Assembly: GCA_964016885.1 (NCBI GenBank)
Contig: OZ024756.1
Location: 29,512,001 to 29,576,000 of the forward strand
From: Eledone cirrhosa
Taxonomy: Eukaryota
DNA length: 64,000 bases
Reading direction: 5' to 3'
This document shows, piece by piece, positions 19,883-32,524 of the stretch (its first letter is position 1; each line of letters starts with the position of its first letter). The translations under genes were made by a program, and so were the position numbers. The notes beneath the pieces were generated by a model, which was not told where the DNA came from, did not search any database, and saw only the letters and a program-made list of their open reading frames with translations.

Positions 19883-20080
19883 ATTGTTTCTACTTTTGGC
19901 ACAAGTTCAGCAATTACCACAGTGCATTACTGGTGCTTTATTTTATCGACCCCATAAGGATGAAAGGCAAAGTTAACCTCAGCGGGATTTGAACTCAGGG
20001 TGTTCACACATACATATATATATATATATAATAGTAAATAAATATGACTACTTGATAATTTCTTTACCAGATATCTTTAA

Positions 20081-20281
20081 CCCTTTAGCTTTTAAACCAG
20101 CTATATCTGGCCAGAATTCTCTCATCACTTGCTGTTCAAACTGGCTGTAACTGACCACTAACATTGATGTAACGTATTGTTCTCAAAATAATCGATATTA
20201 TGCGAGATAATTAGGTAAGATAAAGCCATTACCACAAAAATACAATAATATAATATACAGAGTAATGTAAATGCTAAACGG
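20081..20281. mobile_element. piggyBac-type MITE family A
   Basis: TTAA-CCCTTTAGC...GCTAAACGG-TTAA. Confidence 0.8.
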
Positions 20282-20300
20282 TTAAAGAAGTTTAGTGTTC

Positions 20301-20685
20301 TGTCAGACCCAGGATTATTTACTTGAGTAAATATCACCAGAATCTAACTACTTATTTTTATACAGAAAAGGATAAGATATATTTACAAAACACCATATCG
20401 AATACAAGTCTTCATTTTATTTTAACTCCGTCATAATCGTGGTACACAAAATATCCTCACGCATATTTAGGTTTAGTCCAAGCTCGTAATTAACATGTTC
20501 ATCTCCAGTGTTGTCGGTTCGAAGGAAAGCGCCAAAGAGAGAGAGAGCTGGCTGTTTTGCCGCTATTTATAACCTCTTTCCGGAAGTTGCAAAAGAGAGT
20601 TCTAGACTTTCGACGGGAAGTAACTCTAACTACTTCCCTGTCTAGAGAGCGCTACAGAAGTAAAACCATGCCATATGTTGCAACA
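20301..20685 (-). mobile_element. Possible solo-LTR-like sequence
   Basis: On the minus strand: TGT...ACA ends, then TATAAATA and AATAAA in order. No TSD found. Confidence 0.3.
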
Positions 20686-21110
20686 CCTCTAGCAGCAACC
20701 TGGTGTGTTTCGCTGCTCACCAGACCAAAGAGGGCAAACTGTCAAAGTATTGGCCACTCTCTGATAGGTTTCTGGTTGAGCTTATGGCATCCTTGTCCCT
20801 CGGACTACATCCCTACTGACTGCTATCAAAACAGAGTTGGCTACTCGCAAGTCTAAGCCCCATAAGTTGGAGTATTGTCACTGTGATCCTCCCTCACCAT
20901 CCTCTGGGGCAATGTCTTCTCCATTCTGTCCACTGGGATCATGAGGCAGACTAATCCTTATACAGTGAATATTAAATACAGATCTCACCCACACAATCAC
21001 ATGGTCTTTCTGTTTGGAGTATAACTCCCAGAATTACCTCATAGAGTATAATCCATATCATCCTCATTGTCATTTTAATGTCCGCTTTTATATATATATA
21101 ACATAGAAGG

Positions 21111-21556
21111 GGAGGCACATGGCTTAGTGGTTAGATGGAGGCACATGGCTTAGTGGTTAGATGGAGGCACATGGCTTAGTGGTTAGATGGAGGCACATGG
21201 CTTAGTGGTTAGATGGAGGCACATGGCTTAGTGGCTAGAGCATTGGCCTTACAATCGAAAGGTTGTGAGTTCAATTCTCAGACCGGGTGATGTGTTGTTT
21301 CCTTGAGCAAGACACTTTATTTCACATTGCTCCAGTTTACTCAGCTGTAGAAATGAGATGATAGGGACTGGGGTCCCTATCATTCCACTGCAAAGTGAAC
21401 GTGTAGGCGCCATTGAAAAAGCACCCAGCACTCACTGTAAATGAGGTTGGTGTTAGGAAGGGCATCCAGCTGTAGAAATCAAGCCAGAATCAGTTCCCGT
21501 CCCACCCTTGCAAGCAGGGAAAAGCTGACGTAAAATGATGATGATGATGATGATGA
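21111..21556 (+). mobile_element. tRNA-derived CORE-type SINE with 5x tandem A-box unit and RTE-type tail
   Basis: (GGAGGCACATGGCTTAGTGGTTAGAT)x5, B box GAGTTCAATTC, CORE-like CCTTGAGCAAGACACTT, (GAT)n tail. Confidence 0.8.
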
Positions 21557-21781
21557 TAGAAGGTGTGGAAATATACCAGATGGACCATAACGCACCAGAG
21601 TACTCGATACTTAGGGTAGTAGAGTGGGTATGGGTAATAGGAAAATAGTCAGAACCCCGACAGCTGAGCTCTGGCCATTTCGACAACTAGATGCGAACTA
21701 AGCCAGCAGTATTGGCTTAATTCAGATCTAGCTGTCGAAACGGCCAGAGCTCAGCCGTCGGGCTCCCGACTCTTTTCCTAT
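21557..21781 (-). repeat. Fold-back repeat family with hammerhead 3' half; also 52320-52586, 46211-46270 and 47751-47815
   Basis: Shared GGACCATAACGCA.CAGAGTACTC..AGGGTAGTAGAGTGGG and GAAACGGC..GAGCTC..GCCGTCGGG. ~69-bp inverted arms. Confidence 0.75.
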
Positions 21782-22054
21782 ATAAAACCATTAACAGTAG
21801 TGGCAGTGGTGTGATTGTGGAGGTGGTGGTGTGGTTGAAGAGGTAATGATGGTATTAAATATAGGAATGTATATTGTACTATAACAGCATTTATTCATAG
21901 GTTTGGTCAACAGTAACAACAGCAGTTACAATAACAATGATAATGACTTCAGCAGATACATAAATATTCATTATGAAATAATAGGCTGTTGTTGGCAGCT
22001 GGTTTTAGTAGTTAGAGGCTCTCATATCCATCTACCCTCCTATCTATCTATCAT

Positions 22055-22440
22055 TTCGGAAGAAGGATCAGGATGGAGAGAGAGGTGCTGCACCCCAGCC
22101 GTTTCTATGAAAGATGGGTGAAAGTGGCGAGAATGGCCCGTGTGAATGGGCCTTCACTCTACATCAGACTATAGGTGAGGAAGATGAAAGACCAAGGGAG
22201 CACCCCTTCTCTGTGCTCCTGAGGAGAAGGGTTGCACACTTTTTTCGGGGGTGTGTGCGACCCCCCAAGGCGCCTCCTCTCTATTGAGGACTTTGTTATA
22301 AATTTTATTTTTTGTTATATTTTATTTTATTTTTATATATTGTTATTGCCTCCTCCTTATTGAGGACGCCTTGTTTTGTAAACTCCCCCCATTGTACTTG
22401 TCCCACTTTTGATGCCCTGTTGGCAAATAAAAGAAACATA
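22055..22440 (+). mobile_element. L1/Tx1-like LINE 3' end
   Basis: RRIRMEREVLHPSRFYERWVKVARMARVNGPSLYIRL* (stop 22172-22174), T-rich 3'UTR, AATAAA. (CTAT)n on both sides. Confidence 0.6.
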
Positions 22441-22773
22441 TCTATCTATCTCTCATCCATCTATCTATCTATCTACTCATCTATTCATATGTGCTCACTT
22501 CAATATAATATATAATAACTGCTATCTGTGGAAAGGCTACTTGTTGGTCAGTTACAGTAGAGTGATTTCACAGCATTCTACTGAACAAAGATATATTGCT
22601 CCTGTGTTAGTAGCCATAATAATTATTTCTAATTTAGGCACAAGGCCAACAATTTTGGGAAAGGGGATAGTCAATTAAATCGAAGCCCCAATGCGTTACT
22701 GGTACTTTATTTTATCGACCCTGTAAGGATGAAAGGCAAAGTTATATACATACACACACACACACACACACAC

Positions 22774-22817
<44 letters not shown>

Positions 22818-22821
22818 GCAT

Positions 22822-22883
<62 letters not shown>

Positions 22884-22907
22884 ATATATATGTATACATA
22901 CATTCAC

Positions 22908-22951
<44 letters not shown>

Positions 22952-22977
22952 ATATATATGTATACATACATACACAT

Positions 22978-23011
<34 letters not shown>

Positions 23012-23037
23012 ATATATATGTATACATACATACACAT

Positions 23038-23071
<34 letters not shown>

Positions 23072-23095
23072 ATATATATGTATACATACATACAC

Positions 23096-23141
<46 letters not shown>

Positions 23142-23167
23142 ATATATATGTATACATACATACACAT

Positions 23168-23201
<34 letters not shown>

Positions 23202-23225
23202 ATATATATGTATACATACATACAC

Positions 23226-23285
<60 letters not shown>

Positions 23286-23310
23286 ATATATATGTATACA
23301 TACATACACA

Positions 23311-23386
<76 letters not shown>

Positions 23387-23549
23387 TACATATATGAATG
23401 TCAGATACAGTCCTATACGAGCGTGACACGGACGCCCGATCAATCTTGCCTCAAGTGGGACAATTCCCGTCTAACTCATGCTAGCATGGAAGATAGACGT
23501 TAAACTCCTGTTAACACTTTAGGAGAGGTTCTGATCTGCTTTCTGCTCT

Positions 23550-23680
23550 TCAGACTCTTCCTAGTAACAATTCAACCAATCTTGCTATATGGAAGTGAAA
23601 CATGGACGCTTTCATCCAAACAACAAAAGTGCCTTGATGGCACCTACACTCATCTGCTTCGATGCATTCAAAACTTAAGC
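23550..23680 (+). mobile_element. RTE LINE internal fragment
   Basis: IQPILLYGSETWTLSSKQQKCLDGTYTHLLRCIQNL. Confidence 0.8.
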
Positions 23681-23742
23681 TGTCATCATTATCTATAAAA
23701 GGCAGGTTGTGTGTGTGTGTGTGTGTGCGTGTGCGTGTGCGT

Positions 23743-23773
<31 letters not shown>

Positions 23774-24474
23774 CGTGTTCCATGTTTATACATTTGCACA
23801 ATTTCAAACCAATTCGACTCAAAATCTTTATAAATGTTGTAAATGGTCTAACTTGGGTCAAGGACTATTTATTCTTTTCCAACTCACCCACAATTACGGA
23901 AATAATCGATAAAACTAAATACATGACGCTTTACCCTTCTAATACAATCTGATTTTCTCTCTCTACTCCCCTTAAAATTCGATAAAACTACATACATGCT
24001 GCAACTTTCTCTTATATATGCTTAAACCCCTTCCTTATAAACTTCCTTTAGGAACTCGGAAGAAAGAAGAGAGAAAGAAATCAAGGAGAGAGAGAGAGAG
24101 AGAAAGAAATCAAGGAGAGAGAGAGAGAGAGAGAAAGAAATCAAGGAGAGAGAGAGAGAGAGAAAACGTGTTTTTGAGTGTGGAACGGTCAAACATTTAT
24201 TTACTTCAATGACAACAAAGAGAACTTATTACATTTTATACGAAACAACAATTATTCAAAAGCAATAAATAAATTTATTCAACAAAAAAAATAGCGATAA
24301 ATCTTTTTTAAAACATCTCTCAACGAACGTGGAAGAAAGAAGTATCAGTTTATTTACTATACACAATAATATCCTCTATGAGGTCACTAAACCTGCTAGA
24401 AACAGCAGCTAACTCTCCCCCATATGACACCCTCCCTACTGTCTTAAATTTAGAAAACACACAGACAACCATGC

Positions 24475-24753
24475 AGAACAACTCCATCGCAGCTCTGTTG
24501 TTCGGCTGGCATTGTCTACGCGCGTGTTGCGCAAGTACTGTGAAACAATAAATTTCAACACTTCTTTGCACAGAGATAATATCCATAAGTGAAACTACAA
24601 TTGTCACTGCTGGCGCAGCTCCTGCTTCGGCAGTCCAGGTCTGCAATTCATTCACCCAGTGCCTGGCAGACAAAAAAGTGCTGCCATAAAATGGGTGAGT
24701 AACCTAACTTTGGTAACTTACTGACCCCGAGCAACGCTGGGCTTTAATGCTAG
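24475..24753 (+). mobile_element. Helitron-like non-autonomous element (3' end defined, 5' end approximate)
   Basis: Hairpin CCCGAGCAACGCTGGG (24726-24741), 8 nt upstream of terminal CTAG, followed by T. Confidence 0.65.
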
Positions 24754-25013
24754 TTGTACATAAAAGAGTATGATTTGCTGGCCACTGCCAAAGTGCCACC
24801 TATGAGGCCGTGTCCCCGTTAGTGCTTTGGAAACCACAAGCAGTCACTAATAACTCTCCTATCCCGATGTTATCTCCAGAGATTCTGGTATTGAAATCCA
24901 AGATTTGGCATGTCAATGAATGACAAACCCATCTAACCCATGCCAGCGTGGAAGATAGACGTTAAACGATGATGATGATGATACACACACACAGAGGGGA
25001 TAACAGATAAACC

Positions 25014-25081
25014 CTCTGTCTGATGAGTGAACTAGACATATGTTAATATTGTCTAGGGTCCTGAAACCTTTGGTAATGGAG
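25014..25081 (+). ncRNA. Type I minimal hammerhead ribozyme motif
   Basis: ctctgt-CTGATGA-gtgaactagaca..tgtctagggtcct-GAAA-cc ttt gg-TA-atggag. Core intact; base of stem II is degenerate. Confidence 0.65.
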
Positions 25082-25280
25082 TAGTTATATGCTGTGTTGT
25101 TCACTTTCTAATTAAATAGCTCTGTTTTATACATAGAGCACTCTTTTTTCCTTTGCCTTTTCTTCAGAAATACTTTATATATATATATATATATACATAA
25201 ACAAAGTCATCAGATAGGACAGCAATGCCCTCCATTGTTTTCCCACACACTCAATGCTTTAATTAAGCCAGTATCATTAA

Positions 25281-25487
25281 CCCTTTAGCATTCACATTAC
25301 TCTATATATGCTATTATATTTTCATGGTAAAGGCTTTATCTCACATAATATCGAATCTATGAGATTTTGAAAGTATTTATTTTGAGAAAAATACCTTAAC
25401 ATCAGTATAAGTGGCCAGTTACAGCCAGTTTCAACAGAAAAAGGTAGAGAATTCTGGCCGGTTTTGGTCGGTTTGAACATTAAAGAA
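25281..25487. mobile_element. piggyBac-type MITE family A
   Basis: TTAA-CCCTTTAGCATT start, shared body, degenerate right TIR followed by TTAA. Confidence 0.78.
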
Positions 25488-26902
25488 TTAAGGCACTAAC
25501 CAAAATGAAAACAGGGTGCACATTTATATGTTAAATAGTGAGAGAAACGATTGTGTGTAAGTATAGAGTTTGATTTTCATCATCATTACTGTTTAACATC
25601 TATTTTTCCATGCTAGCGTGGGTTAGACGAGTTGTCCCATTGTGAGGCAAGCCAGATCAGATGACAAGGTTTGCTGATTTTGGCTTGGTTTCTACAGCTC
25701 AATGCCCTTTTTAACGCCAATCACTTTACAGTATGGACTGACCACTTTTTGTTGTAACACACACCTACACGACCACTTTACAGTAAGGGCTGGTCACTTT
25801 TTGTCATGACATCTACACAACCACTTTACAGTGTGGGCTGGGCACTTTTTGTCATGGCACCAGAAACAACCATTTTAGTAACAGACACGCTCAATCATAT
25901 GTGTGTGTGTATGTATGCGTATATGTGCGAGTGTAAGGTTGATGATAGTTATGGATGGAAACACACATAGATACAAAACGTATTTGTTTAATTTATTAGA
26001 GTTTGTTGTATATACATCGTGTTGCATATACACAATTAAGTACTATATATATTATTTGGGTATGCATGTATATAACTTGTAAATAAAACAATTAAAATGA
26101 TATATTGATCTTCAATACTTGGTGGTTGTTAATAATTAAACTGAAATTTCCATGAGGCCAGCTGATATATATTAGTTATTATATAATAATTATTATATTA
26201 GCTACGTCCCTTTACGGTCTGAGTTCAAATCCTGCCGAGGTTAACTTTGCCTTTCATCCTTACGGGGTCGATAAAATAAAATACACTGGGATAATTGCTG
26301 GCCTTGTGCCAAAAGTAGAAACAATTATATTTACTGAGATTACTCTGTTGTTTTTCTATGCTTCATGATAATCTATATACACACTTATCAAAAGGAGATT
26401 TATTCATACTAGAATGTTTTCCATACGCTGACAAGTATGTGTATATGTGTGTGCATGTGTGTATGTGCATATGCATGCATTTATATGTATGAGTATATAA
26501 ATAAAAATGCGCAAACACAGACACACTTACAAAAATACACACCGACATACATCCACACAAACACACATATACATTTACACAAACGCACTCATACAGAGCA
26601 TAGTTTTTCACCATCCCCTGCCTTTCTTTTACACATATTCATGCAGGCAGCATATGTAAAGAGAGGGGAATAGTATGAGGTAGTCAAACTACTCCTTTCT
26701 CTTTATGTGTTGTGACAGAATCACAGAAATTTATATATATATTCTTACAACATGGCCACAATGTTTCAGCAAAGCATGTATGTGCTCCCTGTGCTTCATT
26801 GGAGCAGCAGCATTTCTTTGATGCAGCTTAGGAAACACAGAACTTGCAGAAACAAGGCCATGCAATAAGGTTATGAATAAATCTCTATACAATACTCCAT
26901 CA

Positions 26903-27140
26903 ACACGTGGCTTAATGTTAAGAGTGTTCTCCTCACAACCATAATGTCATAAGTTCAATTCCTGGTGGTGTGTTGCAAAAATGAGTTGTACCTGTGACTC
27001 ATTTTGTCACACTGAATCTCCCTGAGAACTATGTTAAGAGTGTACATGTCTGTGGAATGCCCAGCCACTTGCACATTAATTTCATGAACAGGCTTTTTCG
27101 TTGATCAACTCAACTGGAACATTGGTCACCGAAACTAAGA
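26903..27140 (+). mobile_element. Degenerate tRNA-derived SINE (third family); also 32620-32850 and partial 50340-50425
   Basis: A/B-box remnants plus shared CTCCCTGAGAACT..GTGGAAT..CAGCCACTTGCA..CATGAACAGGCT. Confidence 0.6.
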
Positions 27141-27240
27141 GATTGGAGAGGGAGACAACTACAATAACCATGGAGTTCTTATGTTTACCTAATCAGAACA
27201 ATGGGGGGTGGGGGCTTTATCTTTATGTGTGTGTCTGATA

Positions 27241-27430
27241 AATTTAAAATATGAAGGACTTAAGAAGCAATGTGAGGAATGAGGATGGCAGTGTGCATTG
27301 CTTCCAGTTGAGGTAGAATGTTGTGGATTTGTGGCTAGATCCACCATGCCCTAGCTAACTGGTATTGGACTTGGAAAGGACAGTAGACTTATGATTCATG
27401 AACTGGAGGAGACTGAAAAAATTTCATTAT
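27241..27430 (+). mobile_element. Hero-like (restriction-like endonuclease) non-LTR relic
   Basis: LKYEGLKKQCEE*GWQCALLPVEVECCGFVARSTMP*LTGIGL matches the K-Y...GW...PVEVGCRGF motif. Two stops. Confidence 0.7.
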
Positions 27431-27951
27431 TGACAGAGGCGTGTTGTGACAAACCAACAAGAAGAAAACATCATAATATATGAATGATGGAAGTGGTTAC
27501 AACATTATCACAATACTGGTGATGGCAGCATAGATAATTAGGAATATCACGCTACAGACATTCTCTGATAATATCAACACTATTTGGCACCAGTATAGGG
27601 AGCAACAGTTTCAGGGGGTGATGAAATTGCTGAGATCTCTAATTGACAACATCTTATGAAGGAAATGTCCTAGGGCGCAAACTGCATTGAGAATAAAACT
27701 AATGCATTTGATGATACAAAAGGTGCACTTTTATCTAACCCTAATAATTCTAGAAAAACAAAAAAGTTCACCAGGTCTTATATGCAAAGTTGACAAATCA
27801 AAATGACATTAAATGCTTAAACAAACACACAAATATTTTTTTTTTTTTCTTAATATTCTCTGTTCAAATATCCAAGGGTTCTATATGCCATCAAATACAG
27901 TAAATGTAAACTAACAAGATAGATTTTACAATAAAATTATTCTAAATTTAG

Positions 27952-28179
27952 CCCTATAGCATTTACATTACTTTATATTTACTATTGTATTCTCATGGTA
28001 AAAGCTTTATCTTACATAATTATCTCACATAATATGGAATCTATGAGATTTTGATATTATTTATTTTGAGAACAATACCTTAATAACAGTATGAGTGGCC
28101 AGTTACAGCCGATTTGAACAAAAAAAAAAAAAAGGTGAGAGAATTCTGGCCGGATACGGCCAGTTTCAATGCTAAATGG
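27952..28179. mobile_element. piggyBac-type MITE family A
   Basis: Same body and TIRs; TTAA at the right end. Confidence 0.78.
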
Positions 28180-28872
28180 TTAACATTCATTGGACAAATC
28201 ATGACAGACCATGTCAGTATGTAATCGGCACTACTGACCTCTTATTTAAAATGCCATATTGGTCTTTAATACTTGCTGATTGTTTCTAAATAAACCATGA
28301 AACTTCCACAGGATTAGCTAATAAATATGGAAGTATAGATCTATATGTAATCCTCATCTTCATTTTATGTTGGCTTTCCATGATAGCATGGATTAGACCA
28401 GGGTTTCTCAAGTATTTTAATTAACAAACCCCCCTGGAAACATTATAAAATTGAATATAAAATTACAAAACATAGCAATTTACTATTTTTTTTAATACAG
28501 CTTCATGAGAAAAGAATCAGTAAGCTATGGTTTCTAATCAAGGCACAAGGCTTGAAATTTGAGGAGAGGAGAAAGTCGATTATATTGACTCCAGAATCTG
28601 GTACTTTATTTTACTGACCTTAGAAGGATGAAAAGCAAAGTTGATGTTGGCATGATTTGAACCCAGAATGTAAAGAACATAAACCTAAGTTGCTAAGCAT
28701 TTATCTGATGCTCTAATGCAATGGTTCACAAACCATATATGCAGTGATGCATCAGTGCACTGTGAGATGTAACCAGATGTGCCACAAAAGACTAAGATTA
28801 AGCTTTAAGATGTGAAGTTCGTATGAAAGTTCATATATAGCTGTCAAAGTGACAAACAAGTAAAATTTAGTA

Positions 28873-29097
28873 ACAAGATTAGCGAAAAATGGCCGGCTAC
28901 TTCCTCTTTGAACCGGTCACCGTTGAGCCCCAGGTGTCCTCGGAACCTGAACAACTGACCTCCTCCATAAAATTGGATCAAAGATGGAGACCCACAAGGT
29001 AGGGTGGTTGATGTAGTGTGTGTCGCCGGCCACTGTCTGCGGAAACGCCTTTGCCATTTTGTCCACGGGGTGCAACCGAAACACCGCTCTGACTTAG
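28873..29097 (+). mobile_element. CRE-like (RLE) non-LTR 3' relic
   Basis: YFLFEPVTVE/GVLGT*TTDLLHKIGSKM../VSPATVCGNAFAILSTG, with frameshifts. Confidence 0.65.
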
Positions 29098-29873
29098 GTG
29101 TAGAGTCTGTCACCCTCTCCCCTTCCCCCTTTCTTTGTCTGGTAGCCCTTACTCTTCCCTTCCTTTTCCTCTCATTTATGGCATCTATAGTCCTTTCCAA
29201 AGCTGCTCTCTTTTTCTGTATGTTTATTTAAAAAATATCTGTCTTAAGTTAAATTAGTGTTCATTTGTAATTCACGTAATGTTATTCTACTTGTACATAT
29301 GTAACTCAACGAATAAGATCATTAAAATAAGTACCCAGTACTACAGGTGTTGATGTGATTGACTAAAATCTCTTCAACAGTGTCCAGGTATGGTTAATCT
29401 AATGATTGAAACCAGTAAAAGAAACACTATACACCAGAACTATAAAGAAAACAGAGAGTGGAAATCTTAGAAAAACAATAAATGTCACTTTTTAGGTAAC
29501 CAGGTGAATAATTATGAAAAAAAATTAAGCTGGATGGGTTGAGAAAATTTCTAACTTTTCGCATGTCTATAGTAGTTAAAATGGAAACCTCTTGCATAAA
29601 AAGCGCTCAAAATTATTTATTTTAACAAATGTAGAATCAATTAGGGATATCTCAGGATGTTTTGGATAAAGCAAAGTTAGAAATTCTCAAGATATTTGAC
29701 TTTTTAGAAGTTTGATGAAAATGTCCAAAACAGCAGTTTACATTGTTCAGAAGAAGCTGATGAAAGCAGAACAAGGCAAATCAAACAAATTGGAAAAAGG
29801 AGACTAGGTTTCCATTGGTCTTTCCATTGCAGATACATATTTATTAGGTGAAACATTATGTTAACTAGGAATA

Positions 29874-31045
29874 AATCTGGTGAGATAGATATTGATATAG
29901 ATATCTGGTGAGAGATATTGATATAGATATCTGGTGAGAGATATTGATATAGATATCTGGTGAGAGATATTGATATAGATATCTGGTGAGAGATATTGAT
30001 ATAGATATCTGGTGAGAGATATTGATATAGATATCTGGTGAGATAGATATTGACATAGATATCTGGTGAGATAGATATTGATATCTGGTGAGATAGATAT
30101 TGATATCTGGTGAGATAGATATTGATATTGATATCTGGTGAGATAGATATAGATATCTGGTGAGATAGATATTGATATCTGGTGAGATAGATATAGATAT
30201 CTGGTGAGAGATATTGATATAGATATCTGGTGAGAGATATTGATATAGATATCTGGTGAGATAGATATTGATATCTGGTGAGGCAGATATAGATATCTGG
30301 TGAGGCAGATATAGATATCTGGTGAGATAGATATTGATATCTGGTGAGATAGATATTGATATCTGGTGAGAGATATTGATATAGATATCTGGTGAGATAG
30401 ATATTGACATAGATATCTGGTGAGATAGATATAGATATCTGGTGAGGCAGATATAGATATCTGGTGAGATTTATATAGATATCTGGTGAGATAGATATAG
30501 ATATCTGGTGAGATAGATATAGATATCTGGTGAGGCAGATATAGATATCTGGTGAGGCAGATATAGATATCTGGTGAGATTTATATAGATATCTGGTGAG
30601 ATAGATATAGATATCTGGTGAGATAGATATAGCTATCTGGTAAGATTTATATAGATATCTGGTGAGATAGATATAGATATCTGGTGAGATAGATATAGAT
30701 ATCTGGTGAGATAGATATTGACATAGATATCTGGTGAGATAGATATTGATATCTGGTGAGGCAGATATAGATATCTGGTGAGGCAGATATAGATATCTGG
30801 TGAGGCAGATATAGATATCTGGTGAGATTGATATAGATATCTGGTGAGATAGATATTGATATTGATATCTGGTGAGATAGATATAGATATCTGGTGAGGC
30901 AGATATAGATATCTGGTGAGGCAGATATAGATATCTGGTGAGATTTATATAGATATCTGGTGAGATTTATATAGATATCTGGTGAGATAGATATAGATAT
31001 CTGGTGATATAGATATCTAGTGATATAGATATAGGTATCTGTTGA
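29874..31045. repeat. Minisatellite, ~22-bp unit GATATCTGGTGAGATAGATATA, about 50 copies
   Basis: Seen directly. Invariant ATCTGGTGA core with variable GATA-based spacers. Confidence 0.95.
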
Positions 31046-31098
<53 letters not shown>

Positions 31099-31820
31099 CT
31101 GTGTGTGATAAAAAGTGGGAGAAGACGTTGCCGTCATTTAGTTATAAATAAAGAACACTTGGAAACATCATCATCATCATTTAACGTCTATCTTCCACGC
31201 TAGAATGGGTAAAAAAAAATTTTTTAAAATGAACAGAGATGCCTATGGGGAATTGAACTAGTTTTATTCAACTATTATTATAGTTATCTGTGTTGTGACA
31301 ACTATATTTTCAAATTTCCCAATGCTTCAAAAGTTAACCAAATATGTGTTAAAATATTTCACAGGTGGAAAATTAATTATGTTAACTAAAAATAATTAGG
31401 TAGTGATATAGAGATAGCTTGATAGCTAATGTTAACATTTTCATTAGATGGCAGATTAGACATGCTAACGAGAAAGAATTATGTGATGAGAAAGACAGAG
31501 AAAGAGAAGCTTATGTTAACATAATTAATGCAAGGACCATTAAATATCATCATCATCAAGTTCGTTTTTATGGCTTATTTTTTCCAAGCTGACATGGGTT
31601 GGATGAGATACTTTGGGGCAGTTTTTTTTCCTATGGTCATATACTTCTCCTGATGCCAAACAATTTATTTATAAATATATAGCTCATTTTCGTTGAAATG
31701 CTACACTGTGGAATATATTGTTTATGCATGACATAAACAAATGTCACCAATTGTTTTAAATGTCGGAAAACTGATGTACATGCAGACACGTACTCTGTGT
31801 GTGTGTGTTAAGTATTTCCA

Positions 31821-32043
31821 TAGAAAAGGTAAAGGAAAGGAGAGTGTTCTATATATTGTACAGAGCTATATAATTACATAATAAACAACACAATATAATT
31901 ATTCCAATACCAAAGGTTTCAAGAAACTAGACGATCCTTACAGAACTATTTCATTTGATGAACGGGCTGGACGTTTCTGTAAGGATTGTCTAATTTCTTG
32001 AAACCTTTGGTAATGGAATAATTATATTGTGTTGTTTATTATG

Positions 32044-32053
<10 letters not shown>
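31821..32053. repeat. Fold-back copy of the 25014 hammerhead-bearing family
   Basis: Arms 31867-31945 and 31975-32053. Motif tttcat-TTGATGA..GAAA-cctttgg-TA-atggaa. Downstream sequence is homologous to 25080-25160. Confidence 0.8.
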
Positions 32054-32088
<35 letters not shown>

Positions 32089-32453
32089 CAGACTTCTTTT
32101 TTTACACTTTCAATCTATTGGCCTGTGCTATGCAGTGAATTTGAACCCAAAACTTACAAGTTTGTGAAACAACATTAATCACATGGCTATGGCTATGTAA
32201 ACAAATTCATCTAATTAAAAAAATAAACTTCCTTCCTTCAATACCTATAAAACAATTATGTCAATGTTCAACTCACTGTCAACATTTTCAATGACCTAGA
32301 TCTCTACTCCAAACCAAGAAACTAGGTCATAAAAAGGTAAAATAAAATTAACACTTTCATTTACCACATTTCTAATGAAAGACACTCGCTACGGTTTCCA
32401 AATCATTTTGAAAATAAGCATGAATTTTAAGGGAAAACTGTATAGTTTAGTAC

Positions 32454-32524
<71 letters not shown>

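Noticed and set aside
21111-21240. CRISPR-like direct repeats
   Set aside because: Head-to-tail with no spacers; this is a SINE A-box unit.
29520-29830. Possible Tc1 transposase relic
   Set aside because: Too degenerate; no TIR or DDE motif recognised.
29865-30410. 181-aa repetitive ORF, and CRISPR-like appearance of the array
   Set aside because: Minisatellite with no unique spacers or cas genes, in eukaryotic DNA.
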